Numbered from the stretch's first letter, positions 49,591 through 63,849 are shown. The stretch is DNA of 64,000 nucleotides from Lama glama (GCA_028534125.1 CM052817.1:67830001-67894000); one strand, 5' to 3'. The notes: a model not told the origin generated them from the letters alone. A program made the numbers and translations.

Positions 49591-52500
49591 TAGACTCTTA
49601 GAGATGTCCTTTAGTTATGGGTTCATCTGCATTTTATCCAGAAATTCCTCAAACCTTCTGCCTCTCAGCTGTCACTATACCATAGAGTATTTTAGTGCTG
49701 ATGCAGGACATTTTGCAAGTTTTGTTTTTCTCTCATTATTTAAATCATTTAATGGGAAGAGGGCTCAGATGTCTGCTCTTATGTTACCGTTTTTCTCTAC
49801 AAGTCCTCCGCCTAATTTTGTTCACGAGCGTGATGAAAATTAGCTCCTTAAATGAGTTTAATATTGGATGCTGCTTTCAAGGAAATTCAAAATAGAAAGC
49901 AAGCTTTCAAGAAAAGAGAATAAATTATCAGCCAGTCTCACAAGGATAAAAATAAGCCAAATCTTTTGGAGTAATTTTTTTTAACATTTCCAATTCAAGT
50001 TGAACTCTTCAAATGAAACTGAAGAGCTAAAATCTTTAACAGATAAGGATCCTACATGCTAATTTATGAGAATCTATAAGCTCACTGGAAATTTTAAATG
50101 AACTTTGCTAGGAAAAGGGGACCAGTTGCTTTCTTAGGATTCTCAACAGGATCTCAAAGCTCAGGAACTAATGCTGTAAGTGTATAAGAAAATTAGGGCA
50201 AAAATTCACCATCTTAAGAGTTTCTGGTTTGCAGTTTTACTACAGAAAAGGAGACTGAAGAGCTGAAACTGGAGTGCAGAAAACTGGATTTGCTACCATG
50301 TGACGTGTATCCAGAATCACCAGCAGACTTTAAGCAAGATGCTGTATTGCACGGTTCTTTGGTGTGCTGGAGAGGGAGGAGGGGGGAGTTTGAAAGGACA
50401 AGTGGAGAGCACCAACTGAAGTTTGTTTTGGTCTTGATGTTTCAGTTTCAGAATCTAGTCAGGGAACGTTGAGGGGACTGAGGTGATTGGTCATGATGGC
50501 AATTCTGCGCTTCGATGGTTTTTGAGGGGGAAAGAGCCCAGCTCTCTTTTCCTGCGTGGAAGGTGCTATCAGTACTGGCGTCACAAAGCTAGGCACTGGC
50601 AGTCAGTACAGCTCATTCTTCTAATGTATCAGAATATTTTCATATGCTTCTTTGTTTTGGTGGGAACTGGTAAAACAATTTTCTGCAAAAACTAAACAAG
50701 TTGTTCAATTTGTGAACAATCCAACTGGCCAGTATTGAGCAGGGCTCCCCAGTTTCTTCCTCTGAATTACATTTTGAGTCCTTAGAGGCATCAGTTTCCC
50801 AAATTGGGAAACTCTGGTTTTCTTTTTTTTTTTTTATCATCTAATTATTTTCCTTGTCATTGAGTATGAGGGACACAGAGGGATTTGATTGATTTGTATG
50901 TGCAACAAGTTAAAAATCTAATTAGGGCATCTCTTTTTTGTTTTTTTTTTAAACTACTTAACCCTTTTATATTTCCTGAATCTTTTCTAATCATGGAAAA
51001 GTTGCTGAGCAAGCCCAACTTTGTTTACTAGCTTATAAGATAAAGAAGAGTGAAATGGGAGTGTGTAAAGGCACAATGGTGAGCAGATAGTGTTTCCAAT
51101 TAATCTCAATGTTCGGGATTCATTTAGCATTAATTCTATTCTTTGGTGTCTTCCTGTTTTTCTGACATAGTGACCTGCCATAACAAAGAGGAAACAGCAG
51201 GAAACTTGGTACCAATTAAAACCAGTCTCCTTCCACCGAAGAACTGAACTGTCAGCAAATGTAATCTCAAATTCAAATAGTGATAAGTGTTTTAGATGAA
51301 ACAGGAATAAAAGGACAAAGCTATTACATTTCAGCATCTGCTGGAAAACAATTAAAATGCATGCCAGTTTAATTAAGTTTGGCATTTAATATGTTACAAC
51401 TTGCACAGCAGAAATACAAATAGATGCTTAATGCATAGTGTGTATGTTTGGGTGGAGACCGCTTTCAGCAAAATTGAATACACTGGGATGGAAGTCTACA
51501 TGAATATTGTGTATACATTCACTTTCATCCCAGCTGTGAGTTATTTAACTGGAATGATTCAGTTTGTACCCATATAACTCCAAATTAATCTGAGTAGCAG
51601 TATTTGAGGTTTGAATTTGTTCTAGGATGAGTCAGGTGTAGTAATAGGTTTCTGTATCAAAACAAGTCTTCAGCCTTATTTGGGAGGAAATTTGAAATAT
51701 CTGTTCTTCGCATAACCGAGATGCTTTGTCCTTGGATCTTTACATTAAGTGGTCGGCTGAACTGATTTTTAAGGTTAGAGGTCTAAATACTTTGTGCCCT
51801 TTGATACAGTTTCATGGTTAACATAGTGTGCTTCCAAGAACTTTCTTTTAGCTACAACAGTATACACGCCAGGGCAGTTTGTCACAATGGGAATAGAACA
51901 GAAATCTGACAGCAGATTTCTCATTTTTTTTTGTTTCTTAATGGAATTAAATATATGATTTATTTTTCTACAGTGAAGATATTTTATTATTAAAGATTCA
52001 GAAATCTTAAACTTGTAGCTATGAAATAACTAGTTTAAACAGATGCAAAAAACTAAAGAGTTTAGTTCCACTCATCTGGGAATACCAGAATGCTGAGATT
52101 TTCCCTATAGATATTTTACTGACATTTCAGGTTTATTTGTTTATCATAGAGCCCATCAAGAATAATCATATCTATTCTGCTTTCATTCAATGAATAGGCA
52201 ATTTTTGAGTGCCTGCTACGTGCCTGTGTAGGCTTTCAGATAGGGAGGGGAGAGATAAGACATGGAATTTGCCCCTAAGGAATCAGAAGTAACTAAGTCA
52301 AAAGAGGACAGACTTTGTTAGTGATAATCAGGTGAGCCACCAAGAGAATTTAGGGCTCTAAACCCCTGTGTGAGGTCCTTGTTCTTTTAACCAATGTGCT
52401 AAAAAGTAGCAAGTCATTTACATTGCAGTCCCAGTAGTTTGTTGAGGTTTTTTTTTTCCTCCCCACATGTTGGGACCTGTGTTGAAAATAAACATGTATG

Positions 52501-52675
52501 GGAAGAGACTTTAAATTTGTTTTTCCTCAGTTGCTAATTCAGTAACTAGGTGGTGTGTGTTCTAGTATTTAATGCACTTAGTCACTAAAATAAATTTCTA
52601 TGTTAAAAGGCCTAATTGCTAAATGCAAACCTTAAGATTCCTATAAACCAGGAGGAGAGAGAGGATGTGTATATA

Positions 52676-53640
52676 ATCATTCATTCATTCAACAAACACT
52701 GAGTGTCTACTTTCTGCCAGGTACTGAGTTAATTATTATGGTTAAATATGAAACCAGTAGACAACTGTTACTCTGTAAGAAGCTTAAGCCTGGTGGAGGT
52801 TGCAGGTAAGGAAACAGGTAGATACAGTATAGTGTGTTAAGTGAGGAAAAATATAAAGTGTTCTTGGAACATCCTGGAGAGCATCTAACACCCTCTTGGA
52901 AATTCATTCAGTTTCCTAGAGGAAGCACTCTTTACACTAAGACCTGAATAGAATAAATAAGAGGTAATTTGTTCAAAATGGGAATGGTGAAGGGGAAGAT
53001 TCGTTACAGTGAGAAGGACACTGCTACCCCCTTGGAAAGGGACAGAGGCAAGAGAGAATCTGTGTGTTAAAGGAACTATAAATTACAAATGTATCAATAG
53101 CAGGCTCCAGCAAACGAGCATGAGAGAAATCAAGACTAGACCCTGATAGCTTTAAGGTCACATTAAGGGGGTTAAGGGGTTGGAAGGATCTAATAAAGGA
53201 TGAGAAGTCTGTAGAGAAGCCATGGTGTTCAGCACTGGGCTTTAGCATAGAGAACGGGGGAAGACGAAGACTAGAGGCAAGAATGGACTGCTGCGGTAAT
53301 CCAGGAATCTGACAGTGACAGTAAGAACCATGACAGTAAGAAAGAGGATGTGGCTAATTTATGGATTCCAGAGACAGCGAAAAGGTAGAACTAATAAATA
53401 CTTGGTATTTAATGGGGGTGCTTGTAAGAGGAAAGAAGGAATTAAATAAACATTTAAGGTTTCTTCTTAAGTAACTGGGTAGATGATATTACCACTGTGA
53501 CAGGGAACTTGCACGAGAGTACAAATTTGAAGCAAAAGACAGTGAATTCAGTTTTGTGTACTCACATGACTAGGAGATTAATTGCAAATTCAACTTGGCA
53601 GCTCTGATGAGGACTAGAAGTAGAGATCTGAGGTTGATCT
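52676..53640 (-). mobile_element. LINE-2 fragment (antisense; probably continues ~54850-55150)
   Basis: TCATTCATTCATTCAACAAACACTGAGTGTCTACTTTCTGCCAGGTACTG is the reverse L2 3' terminus, followed by a purine-rich L2 body. Confidence 0.7.
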
Positions 53641-53669
53641 GCAAATTGCGTTCATGGGAGCTAGTCATC

Positions 53670-54847
53670 CAGCAAATGGTTATCTCACTACCTTTGTGGC
53701 CATCTCTTGGGTCACCTTGCTGGCTTTTCTTTCTCTCTGGGATCCCTTAAATTCTAGAGGTTTCTCAGCCCCAGTCTCAGGCCACACTCTCTTACTGTGC
53801 TCTCTCTGAAGCTCATCTCATGGAGCCCCTGTGGCTTTAAGTACCATTGAGAGGCTAACAGCTTTGCCCTCTTAACTGAGTTCTTGACTTTTAAACCCAC
53901 CTGCCTGCCCAGTGTACCCATTTGAATGATAATATGCATTTCAAATGTACTTCTTCAAGACTGAACCCATAATTTCCCCAACAGTCTTGTTACTCCCATC
54001 CATCTCTGTCTCGGTAAATGGTACCATCATCAACCTTGAGGCCCAGGATAAAACTAGGCATATCCTGCTTTCTTCCCTTTCATTCACCTCTCACACCCAA
54101 TTCATTAACCAAGTTGTTTTGTTTCTGCTTCCAGAATGCATACCGAATCCATTCACTTCTCTGTGTTTCCACTGCTCTCCCCCTACTTCAGGAGATCACA
54201 TTCTTTCTCTTGGATTACAGCAGTCTCCCAGCTTGATGCATCTAACCTTAATGCCTTCAGTTAATTCTCCATAAACTACCAGAGTGATCTGTCAAAGTCC
54301 ACATCAGAGTATGCAAGTATTCTTTATGTAACACTAAATGGCTTCTCATTGGATTTCAATAGCGATCTAAGTGCCTCACCCCTCCCTGGCCTTTACATGC
54401 CTCTAACCTCATCTTAAAACTACTCTCCCTCTCTCTTGCTTATTGAGAACTAACCAGACCAGTTCCTCCGTTTCTCAGATAGGCCAAGCTCAGTTACGCT
54501 TCAGTGCCTGTGTACTTTCTGTTCCATCCGACTGGGACATTCTTCCGCCAACTTTTCCTGCCACTGGCTTTTTCATTCAGCTCAGATAGAGGTTGGCAAC
54601 TCAAAGTCTTTCCCTAACTTCCCTATTAAATAGTTCCCTTTTAGCCCCTCTCTGTCCTATCATTCAGATTTATTTCCTTCAGAACACTTATGAATCTGCA
54701 GTTTTCTTATTTGTTTACTTGTTTGTCTAAATAAACTTCATTAATGAGGGAATCTAGACTCTCTTGTTCATCCCACATCTCTAGAACTCAGCAATACCTT
54801 GCATATAGCTACCTGTTAAATAGAATGAGTAAACAGATGAATGAATG
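53670..54847 (+). mobile_element. LINE-2 fragment (sense)
   Basis: CTCTGTCTCGGTAAATGGTACCATCATC...TCTCTTGGATTACAGC...; ends CTGTTAAATAGAATGAGTAAACAGATGAATGAATG. Confidence 0.8.
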
Positions 54848-55916
54848 TTGAAGAAGTTCTAGACTAGAACCCCGAGGACACTGGCATCAAAGGAATAAGC
54901 AGAGGAAGAGGTGCTTGATAGGACAGTGAGGAGGAGCAATGAGAGACAGAAGACAACTAAGGCAAGATGTCACTAAAGTGAGAGTGTCCTAATACAGGTC
55001 TAAAGGGAAAGAGCGTTTGGAAGAGGGCAGCTCTTCTGGCTGAAGGGGAACAGGAAAAGCTGTATGGAGGAAGTGAATTTTTATTGAACCTTGGAAGATA
55101 GGTAGGGAAATCCTGTAAGAAGAAGTGAATGGAAGCACAAAGGCGTAGAAGCAGAATATGCATGCCTGGGTGGGGAACAGAGAGTCATTTCATTTGTCTT
55201 TCATATGCCTCACTTAATACTCAGTAACCCCTTCACTGTTGGTGTTGTCACTAGATTAAAAAAACTCCACCGGGATCACACAGTAAGTGGAAGAAGGAAG
55301 ACTGGAGTACATATAGATCTATCTGACTGCAAAGCCTACTTTTTAATTCCAACTTAAGTCATTGAGATTCTCTACAGATACGTCATATCTACCCTGAAAA
55401 TAACTGTATGCCACTGATAAATGAGGTATAAACAAGTAGGTGGCAATGGAGACAGATACTCCTGCCTTTGACTATTCCCATCTTGGCCTCAAGAGAAATT
55501 GAGTTGAGGATACAATTAAGTACTCTCATTTCAGCACTTTCTCTGTCTCAAAAATGTGAGAAGTTTTGAAAGTTTCAAACTATGCAGTGTCTGTCTTGTC
55601 AGATGGTTGACAAGTCCAGTTTACTCATAATTATAATGAAGAGCACCTCTTCTTTATCCTCTTACTATTCTGTTTTGCAAAATGACCTGTACAGATCACT
55701 CAATGGCCTTTTTGGATTGAGAGGAACAGCAGACTTTCAAAAGGTTATGTTTAATCACAAAAACACTATTAAATGAATGTTTATGATAGTTTCAAGTGTT
55801 GAATTATTTTTCTTATGCATTCAAAATCAGTTATTTATAAAGATTGGCAATTTGGAATTTTATGGTAGACTGTTTGCCTATATGCTTGTATTTGTAGGTG
55901 TACACACACACTTGTA

Positions 55917-58900
55917 TTTTTTTATTTTTCCAGTTTCGACATATAATTGACATACAACATTGCATAAATTTAAGGTGCATGATGTAGTGATTTGATAAAT
56001 TTATTGCAAAATGATCACCACCATAATTTCGGTTAATATCCATCACCTCACATAGCTACAAATATTTTTATCTTGTGCTGAGAACTTTTTCTACTCTCTT
56101 AGCAACTTTCAAATATACAATACAGTATTATTAACCATGATCACCATGCTGTATATTACATCCCTGTGACTTATTCATTTTGTAACTGTTAAGTTTGTAC
56201 CTTTTGATCACCTTCACCCATTTTGCCACCTCCACCCCTGCCTCTGGTAACCACCAATCTATTCTGTTTGTATGAGTTAGAGTTTGTTTTTGTTTGTTTG
56301 TTTGTACAGATTATATATAAATAAGATCATATGGCATTTGTCTTTCTCTGACTTATTTCACTTAGTATAATACCCTCAAGTTTCCATCCATGTTGTTGCA
56401 AATAGCAGGATTCCCTTCTTTTATATGGTTGAGTAATATTCATATATATGTCTCACACTTTCTGTATCCATTTATCCATTAATGAACACTTAGGTTGCTT
56501 CTGTCTCTTGGCTGTTGTAAATTTGCTGCTATGAACATGGCAGGGCAGATATCTCTTCAACACAGTGCTTTTATTTCCTTCAGATATAAACCCAGAAGTG
56601 GAATTTCCAGATCAGATGGTAGTTCTATTTTTAATTCTTTGAGGATATTCCATTATATTTTCCATAGTTGTTGCACCAATTTACAATCCCAGCAACAGTG
56701 TATAAGTGTTCCCTTTTATCCACATCCTCACCAGAATGTGTAACCTCTTGTCTTGTGATGATAGCTACTCTAAAAGCTGTGAGGTGATACCACATTGTGG
56801 TCTTAATTTCCATTTCCCTAATGATTAGTGATATTGAGCACCTTTTGATGTACCCATTGGCCATTCATATATATATCTTCTTTGGAAAAAAGTCTGTTCG
56901 GGTCCTTTGCCCATTTTGAAATTGGATTATTTGAGGTTTTTGCTACAGAGTTGTATAAATTCCTTATATAACAGGATATTAACCTGTTATCACATATTTG
57001 ATTTGCAAATTTTTTTTCCATTATAGGCTGTCTTTACATTTTGCTGATTGTTTCTTTTGCTGTGCAGAAATGTTTTAGTTTGATGCAGTCCCACTTGTTC
57101 ATTTTTTATTTTGTTGCTTGTGCTTTAGGCGTCATATCCAAAAAATCATTGCTAAGACCTCTGCAAGGGGCTTTTTTCCAGTGTTTTCTTCTAGGAGTTT
57201 TATGGTTTCAGGTCTTACGTTTAAGACTTTAGTCCATTTTGAGTTACTTCTTGTGAATGGTGTAGGGTTAGGAATCCAGTTTTCTTCTTTTGCATGTGAA
57301 TATTCAGTTTTCCCAGAAGCATTTATTGAAGAGACTTGTCTTTTCTCCGTTGAGTATCCTTGGCTCCCTTGTCATATATTAGTTGATTGTATGTGTCAGT
57401 TTATTTCTGGGCTCTTGATTGTTCCATTGGTATGTATGTCTGTTTTCTTGCCAGTACCATACTGTTAGGATTACTATAGCTTTATAATATTGCTTGAAAT
57501 CAGGAAGTGTGATACCTCCCATTTTGTACTTTTTCTCACAATTGCTTTGGATATTTGGGGTCTTTTGTGGTTCCATATAGATTTTAGAATTTTTTTGCTT
57601 CTGTAAAAAAAATGTTACTGGAATTTTGATAGGGATTGCACTGGATCTGTAGATGGCTTTGGGGAAATGGGCATTTTAACAGTATTAATTCTTCCAATCT
57701 ATAAACATGGGATACCTTTCCATTTATTTATGTCTTCTTCAGTTTCTTTCATCAATGTTTTAAAGTTTTTCACCGTAGTAATCTTCCATCTCCTTGGTTA
57801 AATTTACTCCTGAGTATTGTATTGTTTTTGATTCTATTGTAAATGGATCATGTTCTTTATTTCTTTTTCAGCTATTTCATTGTTAGTGCATAGAAACACT
57901 ACTGATTTTTGTATGTTAATTTTATATCCTGCAACTTCTCTGAAGTTGTTGATTAGGTCTGCATTTTTGTTTTGTTTTGTTTTTTTGGCAGGGGGTGGAT
58001 ACAATCATTAAGATTTTCTCCATATTAAATCATGTTATCTTCAAATAGAGACAGTTTTACTTCTTCCTTTCTGGTTCTGATGCCTTTTATTTCTTTTTCT
58101 TGCCCAGTTGCCCTGGCTAGGACTTCCGGTACTATGTTAAATATGGGTGGTGACAGTAGGCACCCTTGTCTTGTTCCTGACCATAGAGGAAATGCTTTCA
58201 ATCTTTCACCATTGAGTGTAATATTACCTGTAGGCTTGTCATATATGGTCTTATGTTGAGGAACATTCACTCTAGTTTTTTTTTTTTCTTTTCAGTCATG
58301 AATGTTGAATTTTATCAAATGCTGTTTCTGCATCTGTTGGGATGATAATATGATTTTTATTTTTCATTCAGTTAATGTGATGTGTCACATTTATTAAACC
58401 ATCCTTGCATTTCAAGGATGAGTGAGTCCCACTTGATCATGGTGTATGATCCTTTTAATGTGCTCTTGAATTTGGTTTCCTAGTATTTCGTTGAGTTTTT
58501 GCATCTATATTCATCAGGGATATTGGCCTATAGTTTTCTTTTCTTATATCCTTATCTGGCTTTGGAATCAGGATAATGCTGGCCTCATTTGGGAGTGTTC
58601 CACCTCTTCTATTCTCTGGAAAAGTTTGAGAAGAGTTGATGTTAATTTTTATTTAACTGTTTATTACCAGCCATCTGATCCTGGGCTTTTCTTTACTGGG
58701 AGGTTTTTGATTATTGATTCAATTTCTTACTCATTACTGGTCTTCAGATTTTCTATTTCTTCATGATTCAATCTTGGTAGTTTGGTCCTTTCTGAGAATA
58801 ATCCATTTATTCTAGGGTGTCTAAGTTTGGTGTGTAGTTGTTCATAGTAATTTCTTATGTTCCTTTGTATTTCTGTGTTATCAATTATAATGTTGTCACC

Positions 58901-59066
58901 TTTATTTTTATTTATTTGAGCCCTCTTTTTTCTTTTGGTTAGTCTAGCTAAAAGTTTATCAGTTTTGTTTATCTTTTCAAAGAACCAACTCTCAGTTTGA
59001 TAAATCTTTTCTATTGTTACCCAGTTATCTAATTTATTTCTACTGATCTTATTTCCTTCCTTCTGC
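55917..59066 (-). mobile_element. ~3.1 kb 5'-truncated LINE-1 (3'UTR plus decayed ORF2 including the RT domain)
   Basis: ORF track 58025-58270(-) [33 protein letters not shown]...[13 protein letters not shown] is L1 RT with FADD decayed to FEDN; 57379-57576, 56818-57021 and 56631-56864 are further ORF2 pieces in shifted frames. Confidence 0.95.
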
Positions 59067-59189
59067 TTTTTTTTTGGGGGGGGTAGTTAATTAGATTTAT
59101 TTATTTATTTTTAATGGAGGTCCTGGGGATTAAACCCAGGACTCCATGCATGCGAGGCGTGCACTCTACCACTGAGCTATACCTTCCCC
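59067..59189 (-). mobile_element. tRNA-Ala-derived (Vic-1-like) SINE
   Basis: TTAATGGAGGTCCTGGGGATTAAACCCAGGAC...CTCTACCACTGAGCTATACCTTCCCC. Confidence 0.85.
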
Positions 59190-61476
59190 ACCTCTTCTTC
59201 TTTGAGTTTAGTTTACACACCTATATTTTAAACTAGAGTAAAATAATTCATTTATGTACACTAAGTCAAAGATGCACAGAATTTTGGAAAATGAAATTGT
59301 GAAGACTGTCTGTATTTTCTAGTGCTGTTCTTTCCAGCTTAAACACATTAAAAATTGAGTTCATGTTACTAGTCTCAATTTCTAACTTTCCATTACTTAA
59401 AAAAAAAATGCATCCATTCTTCACCCCACCATTTCCCACCAAAAGACTCCATTGGAAGTTTAACATTACAAATGGATCTGTGTCTCTCTTTTCTTTCTAA
59501 CTACATCAAGTCTGAGTTTAATTCTTGACTCAGCTCCTCAACCCTTCTTCTAGCATGGAAATACACAATTACAGTATGAAATAGCCTACGGTGGCAATTT
59601 TTAGGAGTAGAACTCAATTTGTATGCTCAAATTTGACAGCACACTTACTTGGTTATTATAAGGATATAAATGAACTCAGGAAGATTCTCAGCTTTTCAAA
59701 TATATTCAGAAAAAGTAAGTCTTAGAAGAAGCATACTAAAATTTTTTAGCTAGTTTTAATCAAGCTGAGTGATTATGCATCAAAGTTTGTAGTAATAATC
59801 ACAAACAGCCTTACTTAAAATGACACGTTAACTACTGTCACTTCTGTATCCTTCTGACTTTAAGATTTTATGTATACCTTTGCTTGACCAACTAGATTTC
59901 TTGTTATTTTAAGGTTTCTGTAAATTTTCTCAAGCATTCACCTAGGATGCTCTTCTTTCACTGCAACTGAAGAAATTCTAAAAATTTTTAAGGGCCTCTA
60001 GCAAAATCATCTCCATTTGGATGTATGTTCCATAGTTTCCTGTTTGTATGAGCTGGATGGCATTATCTTCTTATAACTCTGTGCCCTCTAGATTAAGCTC
60101 CCTGAGTGCACTACAGCCAGTCATCATTGTGTTTCTCGTGGCACCTACCACAGTCCTTAGCTCACAGGCTCAATAAATGATGAAATTGGAAAATAAGTGT
60201 CAAAAAGTGTACCCATAAAATTTTGCCACATATAGTAGCAAATATATAATGCTTTTCTTTTTTAAACAGGAAATGCCACATGGGACATTTTTGTAAAAAT
60301 CTAATATTCTTCAATTAAGTAGCATTTACACCAAAAGGAAAGGGTTCAGTGCCTCTCTATAGTAACATCTTGTGATCACTTGCCAGATCATGAAATCTAT
60401 GTTGAAGAAAATTAATGAAAGAGCTTTTTAAACTTTGTGACCTTTGACTTATATTTATTACAGAAAAGCTTGGATTCTGATTCAGCACATTATAATTTCA
60501 ATTATTTAAACATTAAATTAGCTAGTGGGTACTTTGAGTCTTTAAGATTGGTAGCTCTGTGGCAGTCTTCCAAAGCTGGAAATGCCAGAGTGGGTTTTGA
60601 AGAAAGATTTAGAGTTTTCAAAGTATTCTGAATAGAGAAACAAAGGAATACAACATTTCCCCAGCATTGCTTCAGTAACGCCATTTTAAACACCATCTCA
60701 AAGCATTAACTGCAGTTAAGATGAGATCAGCCAGATTTCTTTTTTTTTCTTGATTGCAATGATTTCACCACCTCTTCATGCTGCCCTTTGCCACAAAAAG
60801 ACCGTTTAAACATGAGAAAGAGTTTGCCTTGAATTGTAGGAAACTAAAAGGGGACCAGGATGCCAACTCAATTCTAGGATTCTAACCCATAACCTCTTTC
60901 AGCAGAGCAGTGTTGAATTTTTATGCAGGACCATAAGTGGGGGGGCCTGAGGAACATTTTAACTGTAAGTCAATGCCTTTGAATAGAAAAGTCTGACAGT
61001 TCAGAGTCTGTTTTCTCTATATGTGACTAAAATAATTTTTTTGTTAGGAGACTAACCACCATTTCTTTCTACCTATTGTTCTCCCCTCAAAATTAATTTT
61101 GCTTCAGACTATTTTGTGATCCTTATTGCTACCTGTGGGTTTAGCAGACAGTATAAAACATTTCCACACTGTGAATACTAGAGTTAGTGGGACTTGGAGT
61201 TTTTGTTAGAGTTTCTGGGGGAGATGGAAAAAGACAAGTTGAGTAGAAATCAATGTCTAAAGCCAAAGACTAAAACAAATGAATGTTTCAAATGTGTTTA
61301 TTTCTCTATAACTCTTTGCAGCAGGTGGGGCTGGCGTAGAGTTCAAAGGAAATACTGTTTTGAATTTTAACAGAGTCCTTTCATGGAAATGTTGTTGCTT
61401 CTGCTTACTACAGTTCTGTAACCTTTATGAGTTAATCTGAGAAGTTCTTTTTCTTCATTCTAATTCAGTGTGTTGT

Positions 61477-61623
61477 GGGGAGGGTATAGCTCACGTGGTA
61501 GAGCACATGCTTAGCATGCACTAGATCCTGGGTTCAATACCCAGGAGCTCCATTAAAAACAAAATTTAAATAAATAAAACTTAATTACCTCCTCCTCTCC
61601 CTCACCAAAAGAACCCTAGGAAC
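61477..61623 (+). mobile_element. tRNA-Ala-derived (Vic-1-like) SINE with 14-bp target-site duplication
   Basis: GGGGAGGGTATAGCTCACGTGGTAGAGCACATGCTTAGCATGCAC...GGGTTCAATACCCAG; exact TSD CTAATTCAGTGTGT at 61460-61473 and 61624-61637. Confidence 0.9.
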
Positions 61624-62580
61624 CTAATTCAGTGTGTATTTTAATTGGTAAACTTATTTTATGGTACCATATTTATAAGATGATAATTAAAATCAGAGTG
61701 TTTATAACCACCGAAAGATGGAAAGGAAAGGGAACAAGGGAAAGCCACAATGTTTAGAGAGTTGGTGACATTTTAAACACACATGGCTTCTGATTTATAT
61801 TGCATATATCATATTCAAATATAACTGAAGTGTAAACATAATAATTTGATATAAAGTTAAGACAGAAAATGTACACTATCAGATTTTTTTCTCTAGAAAA
61901 TTCTATTCATGAAAATGCCATCAACTTGGCTTATTCACTAATTTGTTAATTTGAAATTATTTTCAGATAAAAAGCTAATTCTTCTTTTAGTGGATTTAGT
62001 TATGGTCATGATAACAGATTTGGCTGTGTTTCTTGGTCAAATCATTATCCAAATCAACCTTTAATGCATCCTTTGGTGTGACATGTAAATTTGTGATCTC
62101 CCCTAAATAATGCTATGGCTATATGGGAATTACTTTGTAGATAATTAGGTGTTACTTTGAATTCAAATGGTATTTTTAGTACATAGTATCAGTGAAGAAA
62201 GTTTAGTCATCCTTGCTCCTTAGAAGAATTTGCTTGCATAGTGACTGTACTCATAAGGACCAATCCAGAGTTTCTCTTCCTGGGACGGTATATGGAGTGC
62301 TTTTTATAAATGTAAGGAGTGCCAGACCTGCTTCTCTGCCCTGAACTGACCTCCCCCATCTAGCCACACTTTGGCTCAGAGGTTGACAGGTCTGTTTCAT
62401 ATCTACATCTGCCTTGTATCAGCTATGCCAAGCTACTTTACTCTTTTAGTTTCTATTTACTTATTGGTGAAATGAGGTGAAAAGTATACTTTTCAGACCA
62501 AAAGTAGTCGTCTTGATGCCTTTTTTCAGTGAGACCCAGTAGATATTTATCATTGCCAATCTTATTATCTGTAGTCTGAA

Positions 62581-62695
62581 GGGCAGGTAATTAGGTTTCT
62601 TCATTGATTTCCACTTGGAGGAGGTACCGGGGAATGAACTGGGACTTCTTGTGTGCTGAGCGTGCGCTCTACCAGTTGAGCTGTGCCCTTCCCCC
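62581..62695 (-). mobile_element. tRNA-Ala-derived (Vic-1-like) SINE, diverged
   Basis: AGGTAATTAGGTT...GGAGGTACCGGGGAATGAAC...GCTCTACCAGTTGAGCTGTGCCCTTCCCC. Confidence 0.8.
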
Positions 62696-63715
62696 TGTCA
62701 TTGCTAATTTTAGAGAATCGTATTTCAGACCTCAAAAAGAACGTAGACATAAGCATGTTCATTTCCCTCAGATTATAATTGAGTTTTTTTTTAATTGTGA
62801 TGTGTGAAGTTTGTGACTTGCTCAAAAATCTATACCCAGGACCAGCTCTGGATAGCTGTTCTTATGTACATATGTCTTATCTAGCCACTGTAGTAAAATC
62901 CCTCAAGGCAGAGACCATGTTAAATATTACCTCTGGATCCCTTAGATTGTGTTTCCAGAAGTAAGAACTTGTTTTGAGGGAAAAAAAAATTTCACAGTCT
63001 TTTTATTTCTACTTTGGTATCATTTAAAATGTATACTATAATTTTGGGCAATATAAAGTATTTATCAGATCTTGTAACAAAACACAAAAGATACAGAAGA
63101 TGAGAGTAACCTTCATAATATGAGAACATGTTTCTGATGAACACATGGTTATATAATGTTCTTTTAAAATATCTACATAGTTGATTTTTTTCATTTTCCT
63201 AATGTTTTACTCAGTAGAAAATCTCTTCCTTTTTTTTTCTTCTGGTGGACAGAAATTATTTTATTTACATTATGAAATAATATTGGCAGTATTCTTTAGG
63301 ACTGGCACATATTGAAGTATCTTAACTTGGTAACCTATTGATGGGTAATGGGTTTAATGGCATCTCCACTATTAATCTTTACACAGAATATTCATTTTAC
63401 CCTCAAGAATAACTGTAACAACCTACAAGTTAACTGAACCACAGTAATCACTAATTGTTTCAAGATGGGAAGAAAAAAAAATGACTAGGTTGTCATGGTA
63501 ACTGTAGCAGATTAGGACTAGATTGCTATGAAGATGGAGCTGTTCAAGGTTGTATAAAACTTCTCAGAAACACAGATGGCATGACTTCTGAGGCAGTGGT
63601 AGGAACAAAACACCTTTGAGAGGGAGCAGATTTCATGAATACAATACAAAGTATAAATGGCAAAATGCCTGTGTTGCAAGTATCCCTAGTATGGAGTTGT
63701 CTATAAATTTAGTTG

Positions 63716-63849
63716 TTTTTTTTTTTTCAGTCTTCTTTTTTTCTTTTTCTTTTTTTTTTTTTTAATAGAGTTACTGGGGATTAAACCCAGGACCTTGTGC
63801 ATGCTAAGCATGCGCTCCACCACTGAGCTATTACCAAGACCACCTCCCC
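63716..63849 (-). mobile_element. tRNA-Ala-derived (Vic-1-like) SINE with long T tract
   Basis: Poly-T then TACTGGGGATTAAACCCAGGACCTTGTGCATGCTAAGCATGCGCTCCACCACTGAGCTAT. Confidence 0.85.

Noticed and set aside
48931..49593. 139-162 aa ORFs on both strands
   Set aside because: By-product of local GC richness; no domain similarity recognised. The region is reported for its composition instead.
52676..55150. Oppositely oriented L2 fragments as a long hairpin
   Set aside because: Too diverged for any extended complementarity to be seen by eye.
56631..58270. Reverse-transcriptase-like ORFs
   Set aside because: Frameshifted LINE-1 ORF2 remnants with the catalytic FADD motif decayed to FEDN; not a functional or novel RT system.
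61477..61555. tRNA-Ala(AGC)-like sequence
   Set aside because: Has stem mismatches, an A-rich tail, a 14-bp TSD and several diverged copies in the window, so it is a SINE rather than a tRNA gene.
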